Sequence record: OK040170.1 | DNA length: 64,000 nucleotides | Direction: 5' to 3' (one strand) | Part shown: piece by piece, positions 46,562 through 56,686 of the stretch | How the letters are laid out: every line of letters starts with the position of its first letter | Numbering within the stretch: the stretch's first letter is position 1 | Program-made: the position numbers and the translations under genes | The notes under the pieces: model-generated | Databases searched by the model: none | What the model was told of the DNA's origin: nothing | What the model saw: only the letters and a program-made list of their open reading frames with translations

Positions 46562-47073
46562 ATGAAGAACGTGAACGTTTGAAGGATACGATTAAAGTTA
46601 ATCCTGTCCTGTTCATGGAACATTTGCGTATGTCGGAAACACTCAAACCCTTGTGCGAGTTATACGACACCAACGTAAGTCAGCTGACCCATGTGGTACA
46701 TGAGTTATTCATGCATACACCTCGGCAGATGATGGAACCTACCCGAAGACTCTGTCTGACCAATCGACGTATTACTGAAGGTGAGTACCGCGAGATCCCC
46801 AACTTGAAAACGGACAGTGAGTTTGGGCGTGCAGTAGAAGATCTGTTCCCTGGCTTTAAATATCTGGCAGGGAAAGCGGCAAAAAATAAAGATGAGATCT
46901 ACGACGTATACGGTTATCGTAGCGATAACGTATTGTTCGTTGCACTGGAGCGCCCTGACTCTTCTTTATTGGGTACTTGTTATATATCGGCTTACGGGAA
47001 AGTCAAAGCTAAACAGACCCGTCCTTTAAGCTTCCCTAAGAAAGCATTCGAAGACTTGTTTGGCATCTGTTAA
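46507..47073 (+). CDS. Hypothetical protein (188 aa)
   Basis: GGAG RBS inside the upstream gene; 55-nt overlap. Confidence 0.65.
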   Translation: MAVTTRRPGEPGTEKRKVNEERERLKDTIKVNPVLFMEHLRMSETLKPLCELYDTNVSQLTHVVHELFMHTPRQMMEPTRRLCLTNRRITEGEYREIPNLKTDSEFGRAVEDLFPGFKYLAGKAAKNKDEIYDVYGYRSDNVLFVALERPDSSLLGTCYISAYGKVKAKQTRPLSFPKKAFEDLFGIC

Positions 47074-47117
47074 TTCTATGAGCTGAACTAAAAGTTTTAT
47101 TTCAATGGAGTTTACCC

Positions 47118-47684
47118 ATGTACGTTGAGTTATTCGGACGTCCTAAATTTGAGATCCTTGCTGACCTCATCACTGTACAGAACAACGTGACCCCAGCACT
47201 GAACGCCAGCTACCTGACGTTTGGCGACGTTAAAGGCGCAACTGTTCCTGGTACTGAAGAACGCGTGAGCGTTCCTGTAACCGGTCGTAGCCCTTATAGC
47301 GGTCAACGTGTGTTCACGTATACCCGTATCGATCTGAACAAACTGCTGGGCGCCCAGGGCCCTTCCCTGATCCTGCCAGAGACAGCCAACACCGTAACGG
47401 ATCTGCTGCCGCTGATTCAGACCAAATACAAAATCTACATCGATGAAGTTGACGTAGCTAACGCAACTGAACTTCTGCCGTTCATCCCGGAAGGCGAAAC
47501 TGCGGTCGTCACTGTACAGACTAAAGCAGGTACGGATTACAACTCCCACGTCTGGAGCGGTAACCTGGACATCACCATCACCGGCGGCATGAAAATGCCA
47601 CGCGGCGCAATCCTTACCGAATCTGGTAAAGCGATTACGACCGAGAACGATAAGTTCATCGTCACTGAACAAGGCGGTAATTAA
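47118..47684 (+). CDS. Virion structural protein / putative tailspike adaptor (188 aa)
   Basis: phiKZ-like LTFG...YSGQRVFTYTRIDL domain; C-terminal ILTESGKAITTE motif; leads the tailspike array. Confidence 0.55.
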   Translation: MYVELFGRPKFEILADLITVQNNVTPALNASYLTFGDVKGATVPGTEERVSVPVTGRSPYSGQRVFTYTRIDLNKLLGAQGPSLILPETANTVTDLLPLIQTKYKIYIDEVDVANATELLPFIPEGETAVVTVQTKAGTDYNSHVWSGNLDITITGGMKMPRGAILTESGKAITTENDKFIVTEQGGN

Positions 47685-47695
47685 TCGCATAGTTG

Positions 47696-47738
47696 CTCTC
47701 CCGGACCTTCATGGTCTGGGGGAGTCTATGTTCATATG
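47696..47738 (+). promoter_or_regulatory. Hairpin plus late-type promoter motif (GTTCATATG)
   Basis: 12-bp hairpin 47696-47724; TATG core as in phiKZ late promoters. Confidence 0.55.
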
Positions 47739-47789
47739 TAATTCTTTCTTTTTTGACACGAAACCCCAGTCTCGACGCTAGAGGTATTA

Positions 47790-50006
47790 ATGGCTAACTC
47801 AAGCTTAGGCAATCGTATTTCGGAACTCCCACGTTCTACGAGATCGATCAACGATGCCGACTTAACCCCGATTTCTCAAATCAAAACCAACAATCCGGAA
47901 ACCGTAGCGGCAACCGTCGGTGACATTCGTGCCACCTTGGATTTTGATAATGCTTATAATTCCATCCCAGAAGGCCTGGCAGGGACTTTCCCTGAAGAGC
48001 GCTTCTATGTTTACACCGATAACTCAAAACGCTTTGTAAACGGCTACATCAACAAAAACGGCGTATCTGAAGTTATCCTCGACAAATCAGGTCAACCTCG
48101 TCGCTGGGCTACCCCGCTCTATATGCTCGCTATCGGTGAGCAATCTATCACAGTAGCTTCTGTTGACCAGATGCGTATCATGGCTCCGCAAGTTGACGGC
48201 CAAGTCGTACGTATGCGTAACTTCCGCCAGGGTAACGTTCAGTACAAAAACGGTGGCGATTGGGTTTACGACGCTAACGACAAAACCACCAAAGACGACG
48301 GCGTGATGTGTGTTGTTACCAACACCGGCGAACGTTTCAAGCGTGACATCTCTAGCGGCTCTATCGAAACCGATTGGTTCTTCGACCCGGTAATGGATAT
48401 CGCAGACTATAGTCTGACGCTGAACAAAGCCGCTGAGTGGGTGGAAGTAAAAGGTACTGAGTGGTGGCAGACCTGGTTACCAAGCACCCCAGCTTACATT
48501 ACCATGGTAGGTCCTGGCGGTGTTCGTACCTGTAAGAAACCAGTATGGCTCCGTATGTGGGCCGTGAGCTGGGACTTCCGTGGTACTTTGCTGGACTTCA
48601 CTGGAGGTGCTGTCGGTCAGACCAACGTCTCCGTAGTCTACGGTCACCGTAACTCTACACTGAGCAACCTGCGCATGTTATCCAGCGTAGCGTTGAAGCA
48701 GAAGGGTATCAACGTCTCAACGACTTCCGGTAACATTCACGGTCTGTCCGCAGCGTTCCTGAACTTCAACAACATCTCAATCAACCGTCACGACATTGCT
48801 TGGGATCTGGGCGATAACTGCTACCTGAACAACTGGTTCCAGTGCACCACTCAAGGCTGCCGTCTGCCAATCAACGCACCTAAGTCTGCAAACGCCGGGG
48901 AAACTCTGGTATGGACTAAGTGTATCTTCGGTGACGGCATTGGCCCTTACCTGAACACAGGTATGTCGATGACCTTCCACGGTTGCTCGTTCGACTACTC
49001 CGGTTACAAAACCGAAGCTGACCAATTGGCTAATGCTGAGAAAGAAGGTTTATTCAATATCGATAACTGTACGGTTCTGATGTATGGTTGCGGTAACGAA
49101 TATGGTAACTTGAACAGCCGGTGGTCAGGTCCAGTATGGAGAGGTACGGGTATTATCAAGCTCTACGAATGTCAGTGGATCTTGACTACTTCAAGTACAG
49201 TCGAACCTAACGAAACGACACCGCACTTGGTACACAACTACTACTTCGAAGATACTTCTGCCGACCTGTCGTCCAAGGTCTATCTGGAAGGGTTCTACGT
49301 CCCTAACCCTGACTTGAACCGATTCTCCGGTAGTTGGACTAATGGCTGCTTCATCAAAGTCACTGAGTCTTATCCAGGTCGTTATAAGGACATGTGGCGT
49401 AACTACACGCTAGGTAAGGGAGCTAACATGTTAATCTCCCCTAACCCTAACAACGTTGGTTACTTGACCATCAACCGTCCTCGTTGCTCTGGCGGTACTG
49501 TGGTTTCTCCTACTGAGACTTCTCTGTTCAAAGTGACTACTAACGGCAACAAGTTAGTGATCACTAGTTCAGATACTACCAAGGCACCCAAGACCTTCAG
49601 TTTCTACACTAAGGGTAAAGCGGGTAACTGGTACGGTTCTCAGTTGACCGTTAACGGTAACCGTGACATGACCGATGTACGTATTGCAACTAACTGCTTC
49701 GGTGTAGTGGGTTACGTAGCTCAGGACAACAGCATCACCTCGTTGGGCGAGCAACGTCAAACTTGGAACGCCGGTCTTCAGGGTATTAAGACCACGCCTC
49801 AGACTACTCCAGGTATGCGCATGACGCAGTTGGGTACGAGTGAATACCTGCCACTTTGTCCTCCGGGTACCGAGTGGGTTCGTGTCTCTATCGAGATGAC
49901 TAACTTTGGCATTGCAGCCGGTGAAGCTCCAGCGGTATTGGAAATCACCGACTTCTACGCTTGTGAAGTTGGCGTCTGTCGTGACACCAACCACCGCGTT
50001 TGGTAA
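47790..50006 (+). CDS. Tailspike / capsule depolymerase 1 (738 aa)
   Basis: Shared RISELP anchor, neck (SVDQMR...DDGV...FKR), parallel beta-helix repeats, lectin-like C-terminus. Confidence 0.85.
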   Translation: MANSSLGNRISELPRSTRSINDADLTPISQIKTNNPETVAATVGDIRATLDFDNAYNSIPEGLAGTFPEERFYVYTDNSKRFVNGYINKNGVSEVILDKSGQPRRWATPLYMLAIGEQSITVASVDQMRIMAPQVDGQVVRMRNFRQGNVQYKNGGDWVYDANDKTTKDDGVMCVVTNTGERFKRDISSGSIETDWFFDPVMDIADYSLTLNKAAEWVEVKGTEWWQTWLPSTPAYITMVGPGGVRTCKKPVWLRMWAVSWDFRGTLLDFTGGAVGQTNVSVVYGHRNSTLSNLRMLSSVALKQKGINVSTTSGNIHGLSAAFLNFNNISINRHDIAWDLGDNCYLNNWFQCTTQGCRLPINAPKSANAGETLVWTKCIFGDGIGPYLNTGMSMTFHGCSFDYSGYKTEADQLANAEKEGLFNIDNCTVLMYGCGNEYGNLNSRWSGPVWRGTGIIKLYECQWILTTSSTVEPNETTPHLVHNYYFEDTSADLSSKVYLEGFYVPNPDLNRFSGSWTNGCFIKVTESYPGRYKDMWRNYTLGKGANMLISPNPNNVGYLTINRPRCSGGTVVSPTETSLFKVTTNGNKLVITSSDTTKAPKTFSFYTKGKAGNWYGSQLTVNGNRDMTDVRIATNCFGVVGYVAQDNSITSLGEQRQTWNAGLQGIKTTPQTTPGMRMTQLGTSEYLPLCPPGTEWVRVSIEMTNFGIAAGEAPAVLEITDFYACEVGVCRDTNHRVW

Positions 50007-50011
50007 AACAG

Positions 50012-50053
50012 AGGAGAGGGCTTCGGCCCTCTCCTTATATCGTTTCCTATGAA
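50012..50053 (+). promoter_or_regulatory. Terminator plus late promoter unit
   Basis: AGGAGAGGGC-TTCG-GCCCTCTCCT (50012-50035), then TTCCTATGAA (50044-50053). Confidence 0.7.
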
Positions 50054-50082
50054 ATCTAAACAGACTTTGTAAGGTAAATAAA

Positions 50083-52347
50083 ATGGTTGATCAGGTTAAA
50101 ATATCTGAGCTCGGTAAGGCTACTGTTGTACGGGAAAGTGATGTTATTCCTTTAAACAACACCACGACCAGAGGTCTTCCTATTACTAAAGGAGCCAGTG
50201 TTGACAACTTAAGAAGTTGTTTCAATTTTGAACACGCCTTCTCAAGTGTAGACGAAGGTATTTCCAATACCAATTCTGATGAAGTATTCTACGTTTTTAC
50301 TGACTCCAATAAAGTGATGGTCGGTAAATATATTAATAGTAATGGCCATGCCTCTATAGTAGTCGGCGAAGACGGTAAACAGGTAACTTACCCAACTGTT
50401 AAAGCTAGCGCTAGTATGTCTAGTATTTTTGAAGCTGACGGGTATAAGGATTTAGGTAAGGTTCAGTACATTGCCGATTTAGTAAATATTGAGCCAAGTA
50501 ACGATAAACAAAGTATCATTGTAGAACGTTCAGTAGAAGGCGGCCCTGCTCTCAATTTAATCTACACTTACGATAGTAGATTCCAACAAGGGAATATAGA
50601 CGGAGTTCTGCGAGTAACCTCCGCCAAAGGTAAAGTTTGGGTTTTAGATATCTCAAACGGTTTGAATGTCTTTGCGTTCGGATTTGTACCAGAGGCGAAC
50701 AACTTGGCGCAAACGATCAATAAAGGCGTTAAATCCCTCGTAGACATGGCTATAACTAATAAAGCGACTTACGGCACATGCTCTCATTTACTGGTACCTG
50801 GCGTCAATCCTGCAACCGGCTTAGCCAAGTACGTAATGACCGAGACAATTAAACTCCCTAGCTTCATTGGCTTGAGGTTTACTTGTTCGACTCTCCTCGA
50901 TTATTCAGGTAATGACATTGACGGGATTACGGTCAATAATACCATGTTCCCTAATGCTACAGATGCCAACCTTATTAGTTGGTACAATACTCAATCGAAT
51001 GGCGTCACTGTCATTGAATGTCCAGGTAAGGTCATCGTAAAAGGAGTTGGGTCGGATACCTCTACCGCACACGGAGTTTGGGTGGGTAATACTGTAAAAG
51101 GGTTTATCAACTGCCGTGACGTATTAGTTTCAGATGTAACTATTATCGGATTCAAATACGGCCTACGTCATGATGGGGTGGATAGTTACCTGAACTCTTT
51201 CCGTAGGGTAGTCTGTGCCAGGAATTTTAACTCGGTTTACTTTAAAGGTACCGGAACTGGTAACGCCGGAGAAAAAATTTCATTCTTCGAATGTCTATTC
51301 AGCGACACCTCTTCATCCAACATTGTCCTTGATATTTTTGCGTTTGAGTTAACCTTCGATAATTGTAGTTTTGACTATCAGAAAGGCGATGTATTCTTCT
51401 TAGGTAAGAGTACAACTCACGGATGGGTTAAAATTACCAATTCCCATATCGAAGGATTCGATGGTTATCTTATCAACCAACCGGATAAGTGGACGGGTAC
51501 CGGACAGAAGTTCTACTTCGTCAATACCCAGGTTTGGGGCGTATACGCCACAATTCCATATAGTCCACCACGTAAACTCTTCGACGCAGAATTGGGAGCA
51601 TTCTACGTTAGCTTCCAGGATTCCCCGGTAAACTTCCGGAATAAGGGTACTAAGGACTACGGGACATTAACTGGATTTGGTAAAACGAATGACAGTAGTT
51701 CAGTTACTGGCCAGTTCACTGTGAATAGCTCCAGAACCGATCCATGTTACTTGATAAGCTATAACCTTGCTGATAACCGTAGGTATCGTTTTACCGGTAC
51801 AGAAGGCGTAGTATTACCTAACCCGGAACCTAGCACTGGGATTTCCTACATTACCCGCAACGGTGCAGTAGAAGTCACCTATGGCAAAATTGGGACAGAC
51901 GGGCTTCAGAGCGTTGTTATCAACTCTAGTGATGTCGGTGCTGAGGTAGACTTTGTCTTCCCTGAAAGGGTCCCGGTCGGTCCACGAGATACCTTTAATA
52001 GCATGATATCAGTTAAGCAAGGTAGTGCGACTGGTGATGTGAAAGTGTTCGGTATTGCGCGCTGCTTTACAGACCCAACTATGACAGGTAAGAAGAACGC
52101 TGCTGACGATAACGTAGTGATCACCACTAACTATCCAGTACTAGGTACAACCGCCGATCGTAACTTCCTCCTTTCAGAAGCACTAGGTGAAGTAGGTACT
52201 AACGTGACCCGTAACGATTTCGTCGCAACCCCTCCATTAACATCAACGTTATGGAACGCCGTTAAGAGCGCCAGTATTGGTCTTCGTATTACTGGCTTCA
52301 CTGGTTCAATCGAGATCAAACTACCAGTGTACTGGAAGGTAAAATAA
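50083..52347 (+). CDS. Tailspike / capsule depolymerase 2 (754 aa)
   Basis: KISEL anchor, neck, beta-helix with NAGEKISFFECLFSD (shared with spike 1 NAGETLVWTKCIFGD). Confidence 0.85.
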   Translation: MVDQVKISELGKATVVRESDVIPLNNTTTRGLPITKGASVDNLRSCFNFEHAFSSVDEGISNTNSDEVFYVFTDSNKVMVGKYINSNGHASIVVGEDGKQVTYPTVKASASMSSIFEADGYKDLGKVQYIADLVNIEPSNDKQSIIVERSVEGGPALNLIYTYDSRFQQGNIDGVLRVTSAKGKVWVLDISNGLNVFAFGFVPEANNLAQTINKGVKSLVDMAITNKATYGTCSHLLVPGVNPATGLAKYVMTETIKLPSFIGLRFTCSTLLDYSGNDIDGITVNNTMFPNATDANLISWYNTQSNGVTVIECPGKVIVKGVGSDTSTAHGVWVGNTVKGFINCRDVLVSDVTIIGFKYGLRHDGVDSYLNSFRRVVCARNFNSVYFKGTGTGNAGEKISFFECLFSDTSSSNIVLDIFAFELTFDNCSFDYQKGDVFFLGKSTTHGWVKITNSHIEGFDGYLINQPDKWTGTGQKFYFVNTQVWGVYATIPYSPPRKLFDAELGAFYVSFQDSPVNFRNKGTKDYGTLTGFGKTNDSSSVTGQFTVNSSRTDPCYLISYNLADNRRYRFTGTEGVVLPNPEPSTGISYITRNGAVEVTYGKIGTDGLQSVVINSSDVGAEVDFVFPERVPVGPRDTFNSMISVKQGSATGDVKVFGIARCFTDPTMTGKKNAADDNVVITTNYPVLGTTADRNFLLSEALGEVGTNVTRNDFVATPPLTSTLWNAVKSASIGLRITGFTGSIEIKLPVYWKVK

Positions 52348-52388
52348 TTTTATCAGGGGGCTTCGGCCCCAATAACGAGGCTGAGAGA

Positions 52389-54521
52389 ATGCCAGTATCA
52401 CCGACGAAATATACTAAGATCTCCGACTTACCTAAAAAGGAAGTTATGGAGAACGATCAGTTTATCATTAATACCAACGACACTAAGCTGGATCAAACGA
52501 GCGTAGCTTCTCTCTACGATATTCGTGAGGGCGTCTACTTCAGTAACGCAGCTAACACCATCGCCGAAGGTCTGGCCTCCGTGGACGATGACGAGATGTT
52601 CTTTGTCTACGACACTGCAGCTAAGTTCTCTGTCCTTCAGTACATGAAGGTTCGTAACCAGGCATCACCTGTCATTGGTTCCGATGGCAAACAACGCCGT
52701 TTCCCTACTTACCTTTCCATGTTGAATGTAACTGCTATCTCGGAAACGTCCGGTTACGACATCATCGGTAAGGTTGACAATTTCGCCGCTCTACGTTCTA
52801 TCAAACCTACCTACACGGGTCAGCGCGTTATCCTGGCTGGGTATTTCTCTGGTAGCTCTTTGGGATCCGGGGAATTTGTGGGGTACGCAGGGACAGCTAA
52901 CGATGATGGCGGTACTACTGCCTCAGGCGATGGCTTTTATTGGAAGCGGAACAAGACTGCCTTTACGCTCGAAGATTTCGGCGGTGGCCAGGTAGACGAT
53001 ACTGAAGCAATGCGTGCATCTCAGAAAGCACAAGTAGGCCCTATTACCTTATCTCCAGGTAAAACCTATTATTACTCATCTCCGGTAAAACATTATTCTA
53101 AAGCCGGTTGGATTGGTAATGGTGCTTCTATCGTATTCAGAGGGACAGGTAACCGAATTCCGTTTATCTCTTCTCCGACTACAGCTGCTGGAGTTGATAA
53201 CGATCGCGCAAACGGAAGCACTGCTGTAGTCGGAGCTATTTTTAAAGATCTGACTATTGACGTCAACTATGTCGATACTACGGGCGCATTAGGCTTTGAG
53301 TTTGGCGAGAACACGTTGGACAACTGGACGAATTGCGTCTTTACTAACGTGACATTCAAGAACGGTAAGTTCGATAACTTGGGGCTGCAGAATAACTCCA
53401 CCGATAACCAGTTTATCCGCTGTACTTTCATTAACGCAGGTGAAGACTCGGTTACTGTACGCGGCGGTTGTCTCCGTAATGAGTTTGTTGAATGTGATGT
53501 TGTCAATAGCGCACAGGTAGCTCACCGAGACGGAACCTTCTACGGAGACGGTATCGTCAACAAAGGTCGTGATACCTTGATCAAAAGCTGTCGCTTCATC
53601 AATATCGGTAATGGTAAGAAAGGCGCAGGTATTGCAAATAACGCTGAAGATACCAAGAACGCCGACGAAGCTAGTAACGGTACTTACCTCAACAACTATT
53701 TCATTAACTGTTATGGCGGTTTTGGTTTCGGTACGGTTAACCCAGACTTCATCGCAGCAGGTGATTTGATTAAAGGTATCAAGGCTATCGGAAACGTATT
53801 TGTAAATACGCTTCGCACCGTGATAGGTATTCGTGATCTTTACCAACCGGTTCTGTTGGATAACGTTATCCTTACCCAGACCACCGGTAACGTAACCACG
53901 ATTGAGATTACCAACTGCACCAACTTCCAAATGACCGGTCGTGTTACAGATGCCGCTGGCTCCGCTATTACGATTACGTCTTCCTCGGGTAAAGTTGATT
54001 TGGTGGCGGATAATGTCTCCACGACCAAGACACTCAACGGGGTGGTTATTACCGACAGTAATCGGATTACGGGCAGTATCCGTTTGATCAATGCTCAACG
54101 CCGCGGCTGTACTTTCTCTAACTGTAACAACATGGACTTAGACCTCTACGTTGAGTCGCCTGCACAGGACGCGCTGGAAGCAGTTGGCTGTCGTTACTCT
54201 AACTTAGATGTTAAGTTGGTGAACGTCCCTGAACACGGTATGACATTGAACGGCGTTGTTGAAAGTAATATCAAGTTCAACATCAATGATGCGGGAGTTA
54301 AAACTCCATCTGCATTTTATCCGATCCGGTTACTGGGTGTACGTAACAGTATCCTCAGCGGAGTATCGTCTTCGGCTAATGCGAATAAACCACTTTACGA
54401 TATTACATCCGATGCTAATAACGTAAACGTATTAATCGCCAATAGTCGTCTTGGAGCGGGTACTACGGGTAAAGTACAGGTTGGTCAAGGGTCTACTATT
54501 ACCCAGAACAATATCATCTAG
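52389..54521 (+). CDS. Tailspike / capsule depolymerase 3 (710 aa), pectate-lyase-like
   Basis: KISDLP anchor, neck (FAALR...GSGEF...DDGG...WKR), EDFGGGQVDDT, Asn ladders, GEDS and GDGI beta-helix motifs. Confidence 0.88.
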   Translation: MPVSPTKYTKISDLPKKEVMENDQFIINTNDTKLDQTSVASLYDIREGVYFSNAANTIAEGLASVDDDEMFFVYDTAAKFSVLQYMKVRNQASPVIGSDGKQRRFPTYLSMLNVTAISETSGYDIIGKVDNFAALRSIKPTYTGQRVILAGYFSGSSLGSGEFVGYAGTANDDGGTTASGDGFYWKRNKTAFTLEDFGGGQVDDTEAMRASQKAQVGPITLSPGKTYYYSSPVKHYSKAGWIGNGASIVFRGTGNRIPFISSPTTAAGVDNDRANGSTAVVGAIFKDLTIDVNYVDTTGALGFEFGENTLDNWTNCVFTNVTFKNGKFDNLGLQNNSTDNQFIRCTFINAGEDSVTVRGGCLRNEFVECDVVNSAQVAHRDGTFYGDGIVNKGRDTLIKSCRFINIGNGKKGAGIANNAEDTKNADEASNGTYLNNYFINCYGGFGFGTVNPDFIAAGDLIKGIKAIGNVFVNTLRTVIGIRDLYQPVLLDNVILTQTTGNVTTIEITNCTNFQMTGRVTDAAGSAITITSSSGKVDLVADNVSTTKTLNGVVITDSNRITGSIRLINAQRRGCTFSNCNNMDLDLYVESPAQDALEAVGCRYSNLDVKLVNVPEHGMTLNGVVESNIKFNINDAGVKTPSAFYPIRLLGVRNSILSGVSSSANANKPLYDITSDANNVNVLIANSRLGAGTTGKVQVGQGSTITQNNII

Positions 54522-54527
54522 TCATAC

Positions 54528-54564
54528 GGCCAGGGGTTTCCCTGGCCTATGTTTGTTCATATGA
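54528..54564 (+). promoter_or_regulatory. Terminator plus late promoter unit
   Basis: GGCCAGGG-GTTT-CCCTGGCC (54528-54547), then GTTCATATGA (54555-54564). Confidence 0.65.
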
Positions 54565-54596
54565 CAGTTTCCTAAAACAATCAGGATAAGTATACA

Positions 54597-56609
54597 ATGG
54601 CCGATAAATCACCAGTTAAAATATCTCAGTTACCCGAGCCTACCGGGACTGGGATTAACGATAGCGACATCTTCGCGGCATCCCGTATAACGGGAGCAGA
54701 TAAGTTAGAGACTCAACGTATCACTGTCAGCGAATTGCGTAAGCTGATGGATTACGGTAATGCATTCTCTGACTTGAACGCAGCTATTGCAGCAACCGTT
54801 AAAGATCAACAGTTTTACGTATTCGTTGATGACTCGAAAGAGTTCGTTTACCGTTACGTGAACATGGGCGGAATTGCTTCCCCAGTTCTCGATATGTCAG
54901 GTAATCCGCTCAGGGAACCAACCAAAGAACTTGTTAAACATCTTGAACAAATACGTTCTAGTGTCGGTTTCGGATTGATTGGCCAGATTAAATCATTCGA
55001 TGAGCTACGGGCAACAGAGCCTACCTTCCCTGGTCAGCGTGTATTACTCAGCGGATATCGAGATGGCGCTAACTACGGCGGAGGGGAATTCTTCCACGAC
55101 GTAGCTGACAAAAATACAGCCGACAATTCAGGTACAGTGGCAGTTACCCCAGGAGGGGCGCGCTGGAAACGGGTTATCGTTGACACATCTACTAACCATG
55201 CCGAGTGGTGGGGTGTACATTACTCTCAGGCAGATAACGCAGTTGCGTTAAAGAAGGCAGCAGACGCATCACGCAAAAAGATACTTATGCTTCCACAAGG
55301 TAGTAACGCTAACCCGATCGTAATTCGTAGCCCTATCGTATTCCAGACTAACTGCGGGATTAAACTGCGCGGCTGCGGTGTCAAAGACTCCACGACCATC
55401 TCTGTTCAAATCGGCCCTGGTTATGAAACCTACGGAGCCCTTCACTTCCCTGGCCGTAACCCTACCACCAATGCGATGGAAGCCGGTTTCGCTGGGATTG
55501 AAATTAGTAACGTTCAGTTGTTGGGTAACTTGAGTACCTGTCGTGGCATTTATCTTCAGTACCAATATCAGTCTCTGTTCAGTTACGTTAACGTAGAGCG
55601 CTTCAACGGTGCCGGTCTTTATCTTGATAAGAGCCAAGATAGCGATTTCAACTTCTTTAACGTTTGGGATTGTGGTCGTACTAACGGGGATCGTACATCT
55701 AACGTTGATACGTTCGACATGACGAAAACAGCGGAGTCTCCGATCGTAGCAGTTAGTACCATTACTAACGACTTCTGTAACTATCTCCGTTTCAACGACT
55801 GTCAGTTCGAAGATAACCACGTATGCCCGGTTATGGACCTTAACTGGGGTATTGAGAACTACATCAACAACTGTCACGTTGAGTTTAACGCTAACTGGAA
55901 CATCACGGGAGCACCCACCCCATACTTCCTTAAGATGCAACAGGGCGTAACTAAAATCAACGGAGGCGGTATTGCCGAGTATCAGGGCATTCAGCATAAT
56001 TACGGTGAACTCTATCTCCGTGATGTTCGATGTTCCCCAGGTATCGTTTACACCATGCTTAACGATGTAACGAGCCGTGCAGAATTCCACGGGATCAGTT
56101 TCTATTCAATCCCTGGGTTGGCACGTAAACGATTCACTAAGTTTGAGTATTGTAACTTCTCCCAACCAGTTACATTAGCGTACCCTAACTCGGATATCTG
56201 GTTTGATAAATGTACGTTCGTGGGAGATTTCACTACTACCCATGCTGGTGCAGATCTCCGTATGACAATCAGAGGTTGTTACTTCAATGCTAACGTAACT
56301 ATCGCAGACGATACGACTAACGTATTCATGGACGGGTGTTATATCGCAGGTGATGCCAACTATGGTTCAGGCGGCGGGATGTGGGGTAACAACAAAGTAC
56401 TCGGTACGTTTACTCAAACGAGTAATGGTGTTCGCTGGGTAACTCCTACGTTCAAGCAAGTGGTAGGTACAAGTGCCCCAACGACCGGATCCTTCAGAGT
56501 CGGTGATTTGTGCTGGAATACTGCACCTACTGCCGGAGGCGTCACTCACTGGCGTTGTGTCACGGCAGGTAGTCCTGGTACCTGGCGCGCAGTCTCAATT
56601 GTTTCCTAA
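54597..56609 (+). CDS. Tailspike / capsule depolymerase 4 (670 aa)
   Basis: KISQLP anchor, neck, beta-helix, C-terminal APTTG..RVGD..WN..P.AGG...W.C...G.PGTW module. Confidence 0.88.
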   Translation: MADKSPVKISQLPEPTGTGINDSDIFAASRITGADKLETQRITVSELRKLMDYGNAFSDLNAAIAATVKDQQFYVFVDDSKEFVYRYVNMGGIASPVLDMSGNPLREPTKELVKHLEQIRSSVGFGLIGQIKSFDELRATEPTFPGQRVLLSGYRDGANYGGGEFFHDVADKNTADNSGTVAVTPGGARWKRVIVDTSTNHAEWWGVHYSQADNAVALKKAADASRKKILMLPQGSNANPIVIRSPIVFQTNCGIKLRGCGVKDSTTISVQIGPGYETYGALHFPGRNPTTNAMEAGFAGIEISNVQLLGNLSTCRGIYLQYQYQSLFSYVNVERFNGAGLYLDKSQDSDFNFFNVWDCGRTNGDRTSNVDTFDMTKTAESPIVAVSTITNDFCNYLRFNDCQFEDNHVCPVMDLNWGIENYINNCHVEFNANWNITGAPTPYFLKMQQGVTKINGGGIAEYQGIQHNYGELYLRDVRCSPGIVYTMLNDVTSRAEFHGISFYSIPGLARKRFTKFEYCNFSQPVTLAYPNSDIWFDKCTFVGDFTTTHAGADLRMTIRGCYFNANVTIADDTTNVFMDGCYIAGDANYGSGGGMWGNNKVLGTFTQTSNGVRWVTPTFKQVVGTSAPTTGSFRVGDLCWNTAPTAGGVTHWRCVTAGSPGTWRAVSIVS

Positions 56610-56613
56610 AACC

Positions 56614-56656
56614 AGAGGAGGGGAAACCCTCCTCTTTTATTTTGGGTTCCTATGAA
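56614..56656 (+). promoter_or_regulatory. Terminator plus late promoter unit
   Basis: AGAGGAGGG-GAAA-CCCTCCTCT (56614-56635) with T tract, then GTTCCTATGAA (56646-56656). Confidence 0.75.
56615..56634 (+). repeat. 20-bp direct repeat copy 1
   Basis: GAGGAGGGGAAACCCTCCTC, identical at 60546-60565. Confidence 0.85.
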
Positions 56657-56686
56657 TATTTACACAATACCATGAGGCTCACGTCC

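Noticed and set aside
56642-56686. TTG start for the 1299-aa ORF
   Set aside because: It overlaps the promoter motif; ATG 56687 has an RBS and aligns with the other spikes' N-termini.
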